Assembly: GCA_032718475.1 (NCBI GenBank)
Contig: JAUCBJ010001598.1
Location: 67,731 to 131,730, forward strand
Source of the DNA: Nemertoderma westbladi
Lineage: Eukaryota; Animalia; Xenacoelomorpha
Reading direction: 5' to 3'
Length of the DNA: 64,000 bases
A program made the translations under genes and the position numbers. This document shows positions 41,146 to 54,200 of this stretch, piece after piece. The notes under the pieces were generated by a model, which did not search any database, was not told the DNA's origin, and saw only the letters and a list, made by a program, of their open reading frames with translations. The stretch's first letter is position 1. Each line of letters starts with the position of its first letter.

Positions 41146-42262
41146 TTGTCCACTATTTTTTTCCTTTTCACAGTGTCCACTAATTTCACCCTCTCCACCG
41201 TGTTCACTAATTCCTCCCTTTCACTATGTCCACTAATGCCACCCTTGTCACCGTGTCCATTAGTTCACCCTTCCCCCGTGTCCACTAATTCCTCCCTTTT
41301 CACTATGTCCACTAATGCCGCCCTTTTCACCGTGTCCACTAATTCCTCCCTTTTCACTATGTCCACTAATGCCGCCCTTTTCACCGTGTCCACTAATGCC
41401 GCCCTTTTCACCGTGTCCACTAATGCCACCCTTGTCACAGTGACTATTGATTCACCCTTCCCCGTGCCACCTAATTCCTCCCTTTTCACTATGTCCACTA
41501 ATGCCGCCCTTTTCACCGTGTCCACTAATGCCGCCCTTTTCACGGTGTCCACTAATGTCACCCTTGACACAGTGACTATTGATTCCCCCTTTCCCCATGC
41601 CCACTAATTCCTCCCTTTTCACTATGTCCACTAATGCCACCCTTTTCACAGTGACCATTAATTCTCCCTTTCCCCGTGTCCACTAATTCATCCCGTTTCA
41701 CTGCCTCCACTAGTTTCACCCTTTTCACCGTGTCCATTAGTTCACCCTTCCCCCGTGTCCACTAATTCCTCCCTTTTCACTATGTCCACTAATGCCGCCC
41801 TTTTCACCGTGTCCACTAATGCCACCCTTGTCACAGTGACTGTTGATTCACCCTTCAACCTAGTCCACTAATTCCTCCCTTTTCACTATGTCCACTAATG
41901 CCGCCCTTTTCACCGTGTCCACTAATGCCGCTCTTTTCACCGTGTGTCCACTAATGCCACCCTTGTCACAGTGACTATTGATTCACCCTTCCCCGTGCCA
42001 CCTAATTCCTCCCTTTTCACTATGTCCACTAATGCCGCCCTTTTCACCGTGTCCACTAATGCCGCCCTTTTCACCGTGTCCACTAATGTCACCCTTGACA
42101 CAGTGACTATTGATTCCCCCTTTCCCCATGCCCACTAATTCCTCCCTTTTCACTATGTCCACTAATGCCGCCCTTTTCACCGTGTCCACTAATGCCGCCC
42201 TTTTCACAGTGTCACTAATTCATCACTTTTACCCAGTGTCCACTAATTTGCGCCATTTTCAC
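41146..42262 (+). repeat. ~27-bp minisatellite CCACTAATGCCGCCCTTTTCACCGTGT ending just before the exon F acceptor
   Basis: Visible tandem periodicity with variant subunits and an internal duplication at ~531-bp offset (41461 vs 41992). Confidence 0.9.
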
Positions 42263-42278
42263 TTTGTCACTTTATTAG

Positions 42279-42443
42279 GAACGCCGTTCTAACAATGTCG
42301 GACAGCTACCGGCTCTTTACGAGGGTATCAGCATGGACGATATTATCGAAGGTACCGTGGGCGCGCTGCATCAGTTAGCGAGAGATAAACACAACCGAGC
42401 CTACATCCGCCAGTTACAGTACACCATACCTATATTCGTAGAG
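42279..42443 (+). CDS. CTNNB1: Beta-catenin exon F: [55 protein letters not shown]
   Basis: Matches [40 protein letters not shown]. tattAG acceptor, GAG|GTtagt donor, phase 0 to 0. Confidence 0.92.
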
Positions 42444-42647
42444 GTTAGTGGTTCTGTACTAGTAGAGATAAACACAACCGAGCCTACATCCGCCAGTTAC
42501 AGTACACCATACCTATATTCGTAGAGGTTAGTGGTTCTGTACTAATAAAGATAAACACAACCGAGCCTACATCCGCCAGTTACAGTACACCATACCTATA
42601 TTCGTAGAGGTTAGTGGTTCTGTACTAATAGAGATTACAACCGAGCC
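42381..42647 (+). repeat. 83-bp tandem repeat (3 full copies plus a partial) spanning the exon F donor junction
   Basis: Units start at 42381, 42464, 42547 and 42630. Each full unit is 63 nt of exon end plus 20 nt of intron, with GAG|GTTAGT at 42444, 42527 and 42610. Confidence 0.95.
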
Positions 42648-42736
42648 AGTTGTATTTAGTTCATATTACCCATTTTCTGCTTTCTGATCCTCATTTTCCC
42701 TAGTAACATAATGATATTATGTTATTTGTTATGCAG

Positions 42737-42893
42737 TTGATCTACATTTACAAGAACAACGATAACATCCTCCGCGTAACCACGGCAGTTCTCTGCGAGC
42801 TGAGTCAGGATAAAGAGGGGGCAGATTATATTGAACAGCAGAATGCTACCCCGGCGATTACAGACCTACTACATTCGAAGAACGAAGGAATAG
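42737..42893 (+). CDS. CTNNB1: Beta-catenin exon G: LIYIYKNNDNILRVTTAVLCELSQDKEGADYIEQQNATPAITDLLHSKNEGI(A)
   Basis: Matches [50 protein letters not shown]. tgcAG acceptor, AG|GTaagt donor, phase 0 to 1. Confidence 0.94.
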
Positions 42894-44321
42894 GTAAGTA
42901 GCCAGTATATTTATTCCATTAAAGGATAACATCTTAAATTGATCTGAAAATCCCTCCCTAACGACAACCTGACAACAACACACGACATTATCGGTCCCTA
43001 TAATCGAAATACTCTCGGTTCTCGCGCATTTAAATACGCCGTGGGTTTTAACCATAGGTGTACTAAATAACAGGTCATGCAGCGAGCTGATTGCTGAAAT
43101 TAGCGTGGGCCGATCGTTTCCCTATTTATGACACTATTTTCATAATATTTTCTTAGAAACCTCTCTTATGCAACTTTGGTTAGGTGGATATGATGACTAG
43201 GGTTCATAGAAATGTAATAAAATGTCTTTCTGGAATTTTTATCTTGTAGTTGCCAAGGTAACCGGGTGCAAAGTTCAAATTTCGAGCGCCTGTAATTCAA
43301 GACGACAAGGGATTCTTTTCTTGAGATTTGGTATATGAGTAAAGGGAATAAAAGCCTATCAAAATATTTTACATTTAATTTATTTTTCAATCCCGTTTCC
43401 ATGGTGACGGGAATTCCAATAATTGACCACCAGATTGAAATTGGGCTACTATTTACTACTTATATAATTTTCAACAAACATGCCTGGTCTGGTGGCTGTC
43501 CTTTATTTCTAATAATTGCTAACCGAAATTTATTATTCTGGAATGTCACAATCATGCTATCACAGGTCTTGCTCTCTGATTGGACAGTTTGGTTTATTTG
43601 CAAATATTGACTTTTAAAAATATGATTCACACTTGACGAATTATAAAATAAAATGTTGGCAATTTTAACTTATTATTTAGACTTGACAAACCGAATAAAA
43701 ATGGTGTTTTATAGAATTGGTAGACAATTTTTAAAATTTTTCATTCTACTTATTTCCATGGCAACGGGAATGTAAACAAATTCAAATGTTAAATATTTTG
43801 ATAGACAAGTTTCTGCAAATATATAACATACCTATGTGATCATCATATAATTTACAGTTCAGTAAAACTACTTGCATTACATTAGCATCGATTTTATCGA
43901 GACAGGAAACCCAAGTATAAAGTATAAGGAAATTCTACTTCTTTACATAAAAAAATTATATCTTGAAATTTCAGTATTATATTTCACATATAATTTTTCT
44001 ATACTAAAATTTTATGCTCTATTCGGTGGAACCATCCGGTTATGTTTCCAAGACTACCTATAGTGTTAGGCTTCATATGCATTAAGTGTCATATTTTTAA
44101 TGAAATGTAGTTTGGCTACAGGAGCTAGAATTTCCAAGAGACTATCATAAAATAAGTAGTCTTACTTGCCAAATATTGAGTGGTTTTGTCCATAAATATG
44201 GTAGTCTTGTAACAATGCCTTCGTGAATACTGTATATAAATTATTGTTAGACCAGTATACATATTTTCTTGACAAAATAGGTTACATATAAATTGCGTAA
44301 CTTGTCAACATTTAATAGTCC

Positions 44322-44704
44322 AATAGGCGTACGGGATTGGGGGGGGGGGGGGGGGGGGGGGTGGCAGGGCAGGGCAGGGCAGGGAGGGCAATAATTGCCC
44401 ATCCAACAAATGTCTATGGGGCGAATTTACAGGCATAAATAATGAAGGGCGACATTTTTGAGTATTACAACTTTTTTTCAAAAATTACTGCAGAGGTTTA
44501 TGTCCGCTGTTATACCAACCGGTAATGTAAAAGCGTTAGTTTTAACAATGTATTACTGTATTATATTGTTTAAAAAGTTTGTTTTAAATGTGCAAAATCT
44601 CAACATTGTTTAAAAAAATTTCACTCGTTGCGCTCGCTTGTTCCCACCCCCCCCCCCCCCCCCCCCTCCCCCCTCCCAGTGGAAATACTTCCCGTACGCT
44701 TATG
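44322..44704. mobile_element. MITE with 8-bp TSD (hAT-like)
   Basis: TIRs aATAGGCGTACGGGA / TCCCGTACGCtTATG with subterminal poly-G and poly-C tracts. TSD AATAGTCC at 44314-44321 and 44705-44712. Confidence 0.8.
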
Positions 44705-47185
44705 AATAGTCCCGTAGCCTTGTCCAGATAATTAAATTAATAATTACAGGGTTGTATTGTGACGGGACTGACGGAGTTGACAGTATCAGCTCCCGACCGG
44801 TGTAGGTTGTACGCGTTATTGCGTCGCTGGCTAATTGCTGGATATGTTAGGCCGAAGGCCGTTGAAGAACAGAGAGTTAAATTCTCAGTGTTGATAATCA
44901 CATCAAGTCTGAATATGATAATATGCAATGCACAGTAACAGTATTAATTGTAACGACAATAACAACGACGATCAAAAACTATGCCGGTCTCACAACCGTA
45001 AGGGAATCAACTAACCGGTAATCAGTAGTTGCAATGATTATATAATTGACACATATTAGTTTTAGCCCTACACTACTGTGCGGCCTCTGGTATCCAATGG
45101 ATGCGCTCGTATCCTCCCCAATCTGCTTCCCTGCCAACTATTGGCCTAACTATTAGTTGTCACTTCGCCACTCCCTGTTGGTGTTTCCCCTTGGTGCTAG
45201 CTTGCCTCACTTAGCTGGTTTCCCCCTCTGAGGTGGTTTGACCTCTCACCTCTCTCTGTGGCTACGGCGTGTGTCGCCCCCCCCCCCCCCCCCCCCGTTG
45301 GTTATGAGGTGAGATTATTATTGGTAATCACACATCGCCAACTATATTGGTAAAATGCCACTAGTCCCATTTTAGGTGGGTAATGTACGGAATTGAATCC
45401 GCTTACATGTATATGTATAGGCATGATTTACTTACTTTGTGATCGTGGATTAGGCCTACGGATATCACAGTGCATCTCGTTCTAGAGGTTAGGGACATAA
45501 TATAAAAGGAGCCTGTTTGCACTATTAATTGTCCTGCGGTTGAAGGCCTAATATCGAAATTATGTAATTTAGTTTGATTGTTAATCAATTTTATATAAAT
45601 GTAAACGTAATTCTGTAATGTATATATTTTGAATGTTTGGATATTGAAAGATCTATCTATACTGAAAGCAGATTTCATTATGTCGTATCATTTATGTAGA
45701 GCTCTGTAGAGTTCCGTAAGTATATATAGTGTGTGTTTAATAATCAAACTTGGGCAACTTAATGCCCCTGTTGAAGGATAACCTTCCACTACTGCACCAT
45801 TTAAATATAACCCACTGACATACAGCACAATATAAACAAAAGTACACTACACATACAGTACATAATTCAATATTACAGTAGTTAGTTAGTTAAACTGCAT
45901 AAACCAAATAGAATATTAGATATCTGCTTCTTACAATGCAACGGCACGTAGTTTAAACGCGTGAAAAATATACCTGGCAATATCCAAAATTACATTTGGC
46001 GTTTTTGTACCCATTGGCTCAGTATATTTAAAAATACTCGGGTAGACCGTATATCTTCTACCTATAAATACCTGCATCGCAGGTAATAACCTGCATAATG
46101 GCTACAAACTAAAATAGTTAGCTATAATTGTTGGATTTAGGCTCATCAATAATAGTGTTAGTGAATGAACAGTTAGGTACGTAACGTAGGGCTTAAAGAT
46201 GAAATACTCTGTACCTTAAATGAAGCGATGAATTTTTAACTTTTATATGTAGTACCTTACCGTGTTAACACCGTTCACATTATCTGAGGATCATAATAAA
46301 TCTTAATTAATGATAATGATGAATTATAATAATATAAACTTCATGATGCTCGTGTCATTCATCTTTTGTCTTTTATGGGCCATGTGACATTCCTAGATAA
46401 CATATTTTGGGAAATAAGCAAGTTTCCAAGGTTACAATGTAGTCTTGGAAGTTGTACAAGACTACAAAATAACTAACAAACGATAGTACATGTATTTAAT
46501 ATTTTGAAGTAGGGAAGAATATTAATTGAATTAACTGAATCATTTCAATGTTTTTGTTCAAACATTTAAACAATTTCACAAGGGGGGGGGGGGGGGGGGG
46601 GGGTATCAGGAAGCTTAAAAAAACAAAACAACCTGTAAATTACTTAATGAGTTATTATGTTAATTATATACTATGATATTTACATTATTCATATTCATAC
46701 ATCAGAAAAACTTATTATTTTTATTCGAATTTCAACAACATAAGCTCCGGATTGGCTCCGGGTTAATTTGCCCGGAGCCGGAGCCGGAGCTGGAGCATCC
46801 CTAGTCCGCATTAACGGTAATGTTTGAAATGCGCTCCGGTGCTCATTTAGTGCTTAACGTGTTAAAGGACTTGTTCAACATTATAACACGACAATAATTA
46901 ACACGTGCTTTCAAATCATTTATCCGATTAAATTTTCTGTCCATTTTTGTTTTAGCCTGTTTAAAGTTTTCCGTATTATTATAAATCTACTTTAAACAAG
47001 TCAGAGGACTCCATTTCTGGAGTGTTTCAAAAATTTTAATTAACAAATTTTAATAAGTTATTGTGACTGCAAGGTTATTGTGCAGCACTTTGGTTGTGAC
47101 TTGTGAACCATGTGGCTCGTGTTCTAGAAGGTTACCATGTAGGGCATTCCATATTACTAATTATTTGTTTATTTAATCTCCATAG

Positions 47186-47434
47186 CAACCTACGCCGCTG
47201 CAATCCTATTCCGTATGTCGGAAGATAAGCCGAACGACTACCGTAAGCGACTGAGCGTAGAGCTATCGAGCAGTTTAACCCGGGGCGACGAGTGGGGTGG
47301 AGACGCGGGTATGGATCAAGGGGGCTTCCCGCCTGGCCCCCCCGAGGAAGGTATGTGGAGTGGGGCGACGGCTGCCTCTCCAGCCGATACTAAACACCAC
47401 CACCTACACGGTACACCGCACACACCTGCTTCAG
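47186..47434 (+). CDS. CTNNB1: Beta-catenin exon H: [37 protein letters not shown]...HTPAS(G)
   Basis: Matches [31 protein letters not shown]. catAG acceptor. The 3' end is uncertain: CAG|GTgagc after 47434 or AAG|GTatgt after 47350, both phase 1. Confidence 0.88.
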
Positions 47435-48265
47435 GTGAGCTAATAGTTTCTTTGCACCTTTCGTTTCTTCACTAAACTAATTGTGTACTGTTTGCATTAA
47501 TTTGTTGTTTTTGTATTTCGTATAATATTGTATAATCTGTATCTCTATTGAATTATAATTGTTGTCGCTATTGTCTGTTTTGTAATTCGATTACGCGATT
47601 CAATTGAATATTCGATTGGGAATCTCAATGTAGCTAAACAGAACCAAAAGTTATCCTTCGATTCCTATAAATCTTCAATTACTTTAAGAAATAATTTTGA
47701 AATTTAGATCAAAAGTGCAATTTGAATTAAAAATAATAATATTAAAACACACAGCCTAGCAAAAGTTTCACTATGGAGGTCAGTTTTGATGTTTTCGAAA
47801 GACGAAAGATGAATTGTAGTCTGTCTATCTGTAAGGAAACATTTTTTTTATGTAAAATTGATTTTTTCTGCAAACATGCTCATAATAAAATCATCATTAT
47901 CACTAAATATGTTGAGAAGCAATGATTTACATATTCGGTTTTGCCTCTAAATTCTGTACAAAAAGTGACCAAAAAAGTTTTTTGAATTTTTTTACCTTTC
48001 TTTTGAGAGTAACATTTTCCACTGTGAATATAATAATATATTGAAGTTTTAACGACCCGGCCACATTGAATCTCATATCTGGACCACAACAATGACACTT
48101 TCAATATCAATATCGGAAATTCTATATAGTCAGTAAGAGTTCTAATCAAATCACAATAAAACTGAAACTTTAGTGTCACTATAACGTGGCCAGACTTTTT
48201 AGGGTCTTAACCTTCCAATTAATATCATTATCTGATACTTTAGTGTAAATCCAAGTACTCTTTTA

Positions 48266-51200
48266 ATCTCATTATATTATCTTTATAGGCCATTCTAGCA
48301 TTAACTCGTCTCATTATCCGATCCAGGCCACTATCATTAACCCATTGTATCTCATTATCCGATCCAGGCCACTACCATTAACCCATTGTATCTCATTATC
48401 GGATCCAGGCCACTACCATTAGCCCATTGTATCTCATTATCCGATCCAGGCCACTATCATTAACCCATTGTATCTCATTATCCGATCCAGGCCACTATCA
48501 TTAACCCATTGTATCTCATTATCCGATCCAGGCCACTACCATTAGCCCATTGTATCTCATTATCCGATCCAGGCCACTATCATTAGCCCATTGTATCTCA
48601 TTATCCGATCCAGGCCACTATCATTAACCCATTGTATCTCATTATCCGATCCAGGCCACTATCATTAACCCATTGTATCTCATTATCCGATCCAGGCCAC
48701 TATCATTAACCCATTGTATCTCATTATCCGATCCAGGCCACTATCATTAACCCATTGTATCTCATTATCCGATCCAGGCCACTACCATTAGCCCATTGTA
48801 TCTCATTATCCGATCCAGGCCACTATCATTAACCCATTGTATCTCATTATCCGATCCAGGCCACTACCATTAGCCCATTGTATCTCATTATCCGATCCAG
48901 GCCACTACCATTAACCCATAGTATCTCATTATCCGATCCAGGCCACTACCATTAGCCCATTGTATCTCATTATCCGATCCAGGCCACTATCATTAACCCA
49001 TTGTATCTCATTATCCGATCCAGGCCACTACCATTAACCCATTGTATCTCATTATCCGATCCAGGCCACTATCATTAACCCATTGTATCTCATTATCCGA
49101 TCCAGGCCACTACCATTAACCCATTGTATCTCATTATCCGATCCAGGCCACTACCATTAACCCATTGTATCTCATTATCCGATCCAGGCCACTATCATTA
49201 ACCCATTGTATCTCATTATCCGATCCAGGCCACTACCATTAACCCATTGTATCTCATTATCCGATCCAGGCCACTATCATTAACCCATTGTATCTCATTA
49301 TCCGATCCAGGCCACTACCATTAACCCATTGTATCTCATTATCCGATCCAGGCCACTACCATTAACCCATTGTATCTCATTATCCGATCCAGGCCACTAT
49401 CATTAACCCATTGTATCTCATTATCCGATCCAGGCCACTACCATTAACCCATTGTATCTCATTATCCGATCCAGGCCACTATCATTAACCCATTGTATCT
49501 CATTATCCGATCCAGGCCACTACCATTAACCCATTGTATCTCATTATCCGATCCAGGCCACTATCATTAACCCATTGTATCTCATTATCCGATCCGTGCC
49601 ACTACCATTAACCCATTGTATCTCATTATCCGATCCAGGCCACTACCATTAACCCATTGTATCTCATTATCCGATCCAGGCCACTACCATTAACCCATTG
49701 TATCTCATTATCCGATCCAGGCCACTACCATTAACCCATTGTATCTCATTATCCGATCCAGGCCACTATCATTAACCCATTGTATCTCATTATCCGATCC
49801 GTGCCACTATCATTAACCCATTGTATCTCATTATCCGATCCAGTCCACGACCATTTACCCGTTGTATCTCATTATCCGATCCAGGCCACTATCATTAACC
49901 CATTGTATCTCATTATCTGATCCAGGCCACTACCATTAACCCATTGTATCTCATTATCCGATCCAGGCCACTATCATTAACCCATTGTATCTCATTATCC
50001 GATCCAGGCCACTATCATTAACCCATTGTATCTCATTATCCGATCCAGGCCACTATCATTAACCCATTGTATCTCATTATCTGATCCAGGCCACTACCAT
50101 TAACCCATTGTATCTCATTATCCGATCCAGGCCACTACCATTAACCCATTGTATCTCATTATCCGATCCAGGCCACTATCATTAACCCATTGTATCTCAT
50201 TATCCGATCCAGGCCACTATCATTAACCCATTGTATCTCATTATCCGATCCAGTCCACTACCATTTACCCGTTGTATCTCATTATCCGATCCAGTCCACT
50301 ACCATTTACCCATTGTATCTCATTATCCGATCCAGTCCACTACCATTTACCCATTGTATCTCATTATCCGATCCAGGCCACTACCATTAACCCATTGTAT
50401 CTCATTATCCGATCCAGGCCACTATCATTAACCCATTGTATCTCATTATCCGATCCGTGCCACTATCATTAACCCATTGTATCTCATTATCCGATCCAGT
50501 CCACTACCATTTACCCGTTGTATCTCATTATCCGATCCAGGCCACTATCATTAACCCATTGTATCTCATTATCTGATCCAGGCCACTACCATTAACCCAT
50601 TGTATCTCATTATCCGATCCAGGCCACTATCATTAACCCATTGTATCTCATTATCCGATCCAGGCCACTATCATTAACCCATTGTATCTCATTATCCGAT
50701 CCAGGCCACTATCATTAACCCATTGTATCTCATTATCTGATCCAGGCCACTACCATTAACCCATTGTATCTCATTATCCGATCCAGGCCACTACCATTAA
50801 CCCATTGTATCTCATTATCCGATCCAGGCCACTATCATTAACCCATTGTATCTCATTATCCGATCCAGGCCACTATCATTAACCCATTGTATCTCATTAT
50901 CCGATCCAGTCCACTACCATTTACCCGTTGTATCTCATTATCCGATCCAGTCCACTACCATTTACCCATTGTATCTCATTATCCGATCCAGTCCACTACC
51001 ATTTACCCATTGTATCTCATTATCCGATCCAGTCCACTACCATTTACCCGTTGTATCTCATTATCCGATCCAGTCCACTACCATTTACCCATTGTATCTC
51101 ATTATCCGATCCAGTCCACTACCATTTGCCCATTGTATCTCATTATCCGATCCAGTCCACTACCATTTACCCATTGTATCTCATTATCCGATCCAGTCCA

Positions 51201-54200
51201 CTACCATTTACCCATTGTATCTCATTATCCGATCCAGTCCACTACCATTTGCCCATTGTATCTCATTATCCGATCCAGTCAACTACCATTAACCCATTGT
51301 ATCTCATTATCCGATCCAGGCCACTGCCATTAACCCATTGTATCTCATTATCCGATCCGGGCCACTATCATTAACCCATTGTATCTCATTATCCGATCCA
51401 GGCCACTATCATTAACCCATTGTATCTCATTATCCGATCCAGTCCACTACCATTAACCCACTGTATATCATTATCTGATCCAGGCCACTACCATTAACCC
51501 ATTGTATCTCATTATCCGATCCAGGACACTACCATTTGCCCATTGTATCTCATTATCCGATCCATGTCACTACCATTAACCCACTGTATCTCATTATCCG
51601 ATCCAGGACACTACCATTTGCCCATTGTATCTCATTATCCGATCCAGGCCACTACCATTAACCCATTGTATCTCATTATCCGATCCAGGACACTACCATT
51701 TGCCCATTGTATCTCATTATCCGATCCATGTCACTACCATTAACCCACTGTATCTCATTATCCGATCCAGGACACTACCATTAACCCATTGTATCTCATT
51801 ATCCGATCCAGACCACTACTATTAACCCATTGTATCTCATTATCCGATCCAGACCACTACCATTAACCCATTGTATCTCATTATCCGATCCAGACCACTA
51901 CTATTAACCCATTGTATCTCATTATCCGATCCAGACCACTACTATTAACCCATTGTATCTCATTATCCGATCCAGACCACTACCATTAACCCATTGTATC
52001 TCATTATCCGATCCAGACCACTACTATTAACCCATTGTATCTCATTATCCGATCCAGTCCACTACCATTTACCCGTTGTATCTCATTATCCGATCCAGGC
52101 CACTATCATTAACCCATTGTATCTCATTATCTGATCCAGGCCACTACCATTAACCCATTGTATCTCATTATCCGATCCAGGCCACTATCATTAACCCATT
52201 GTATCTCATTATCCGATCCAGTCCACTACCATTTGCCCATTGTATCTCATTATCCGATCCAGTCCACTACCATTTGCCCATTGTATCTCATTATCCGATC
52301 CAGTCCACTACCATTTACCCATTGTATCTCATTATCCGATCCAGTCCACTCCCATTTACCCATTGTATCTCATTATCCGATCCAGTCCACTACCATTTAC
52401 CCATTGTATCTCATTATCCGATCCAGTCCACTACCATTTGCCCATTGTATCTCATTATCCGATCCAGTCAACTACCATTAACCCATTGTATCTCATTATC
52501 CGATCCAGGCCACTGCCATTAACCCATTGTATCTCATTATCCGATCCAGGCCACTATCATTAACCCATTGTATCTCATTATCCGATCCAGGCCACTATCA
52601 TTAACCCATTGTATCTCATTATCCGATCCAGTCCACTACCATTAACCCACTGTATCTCATTATCTGATCCAGGCCACTACCATTAACCCATTGTATCTCA
52701 TTATCCGATCCAGGACACTACCATTTGCCCATTGTATCTCATTATCCGATCCATGTCACTACCATTAACCCACTGTATCTCATTATCCGATCCAGGACAC
52801 TACCATTAACCCATTGTATCTCATTATCCGATCCAGACCACTACTATTAACCCATTGTATCTCATTATCCGATCCAGACCACTACCATTAACCCATTGTA
52901 TCTCATTATCCGATCCAGACCACTACTATTAACCCATTGTATCTCATTATCCGATCCAGTCCACTACCATTTACCCGTTGTATCTCATTATCCGATCCAG
53001 GCCACTATCATTAACCCATTGTATCTCATTATCTGATCCAGGCCACTACCATTAACCCATTGTATCTCATTATCCGATCCAGGCCACTATCATTAACCCA
53101 TTGTATCTCATTATCCGATCCAGGCCACTATCATTAACCCATTGTATCTCATTATCAGATCCAGGCCACTATCATTAACCCATTGTATCTCATTATCTGA
53201 TCCAGGCCACTACCATTAACCCATTGTATCTCATTATCCGATCCAGGCCACTACCATTAACCCATTGTATCTCATTATCCGATCCAGGCCACTATCATTA
53301 ACCCATTGTATCTCATTATCCGATCCAGGCCACTATCATTAACCCATTGTATCTCATTATCCGATCCAGTCCACTACCATTTACCCGTTGTATCTCATTA
53401 TCCGATCCAGTCCACTACCATTTACCCATTGTATCTCATTATCCGATCCAGTCCACTACCATTTACCCATTGTATCTCATTATCCGATCCAGTCCACTAC
53501 CATTTACCCGTTGTATCTCATTATCCGATCCAGTCCACTACCATTTGCCCATTGTATCTCATTATCCGATCCAGTCCACTACCATTTACCCATTGTATCT
53601 CATTATCCGATCCAGTCCACTACCATTTACCCATTGTATCTCATTATCCGATCCAGTCCACTACCATTTGCCCATTGTATCTCATTATCCGATCCAGTCA
53701 ACTACCATTAACCCATTGTATCTCATTATCCGATCCAGGCCACTGCCATTAACCCATTGTATCTCATTATCCGATCCAGGCCACTATCATTAACCCATTG
53801 TATCTCATTATCCGATCCAGGCCACTATCATTAACCCATTGTATCTCATTATCCGATCCAGTCCACTACCATTAACCCACTGTATCTCATTATCTGATCC
53901 AGGCCACTACCATTAACCCATTGTATCTCATTATCCGATCCAGGACACTACCATTTGCCCATTGTATCTCATTATCCGATCCATGTCACTACCATTAACC
54001 CACTGTATCTCATTATCCGATCCAGGACACTACCATTAACCCATTGTATCTCATTATCCGATCCAGACCACTACTATTAACCCATTGTATCTCATTATCC
54101 GATCCAGACCACTACCATTAACCCATTGTATCTCATTATCCGATCCAGACCACTACTATTAACCCATTGTATCTCATTATCCGATCCATGTCACTATCAT

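Noticed and set aside
41146-42292. Ser/Thr-rich repeat ORFs on both strands
   Set aside because: A 27-bp unit keeps frames open by chance; the region is intronic and has no fitting exon structure.
46745-46865. GGAGCC repeats and TTAA-ended motifs resembling transposon ends
   Set aside because: No matching opposite end or TSD could be identified.
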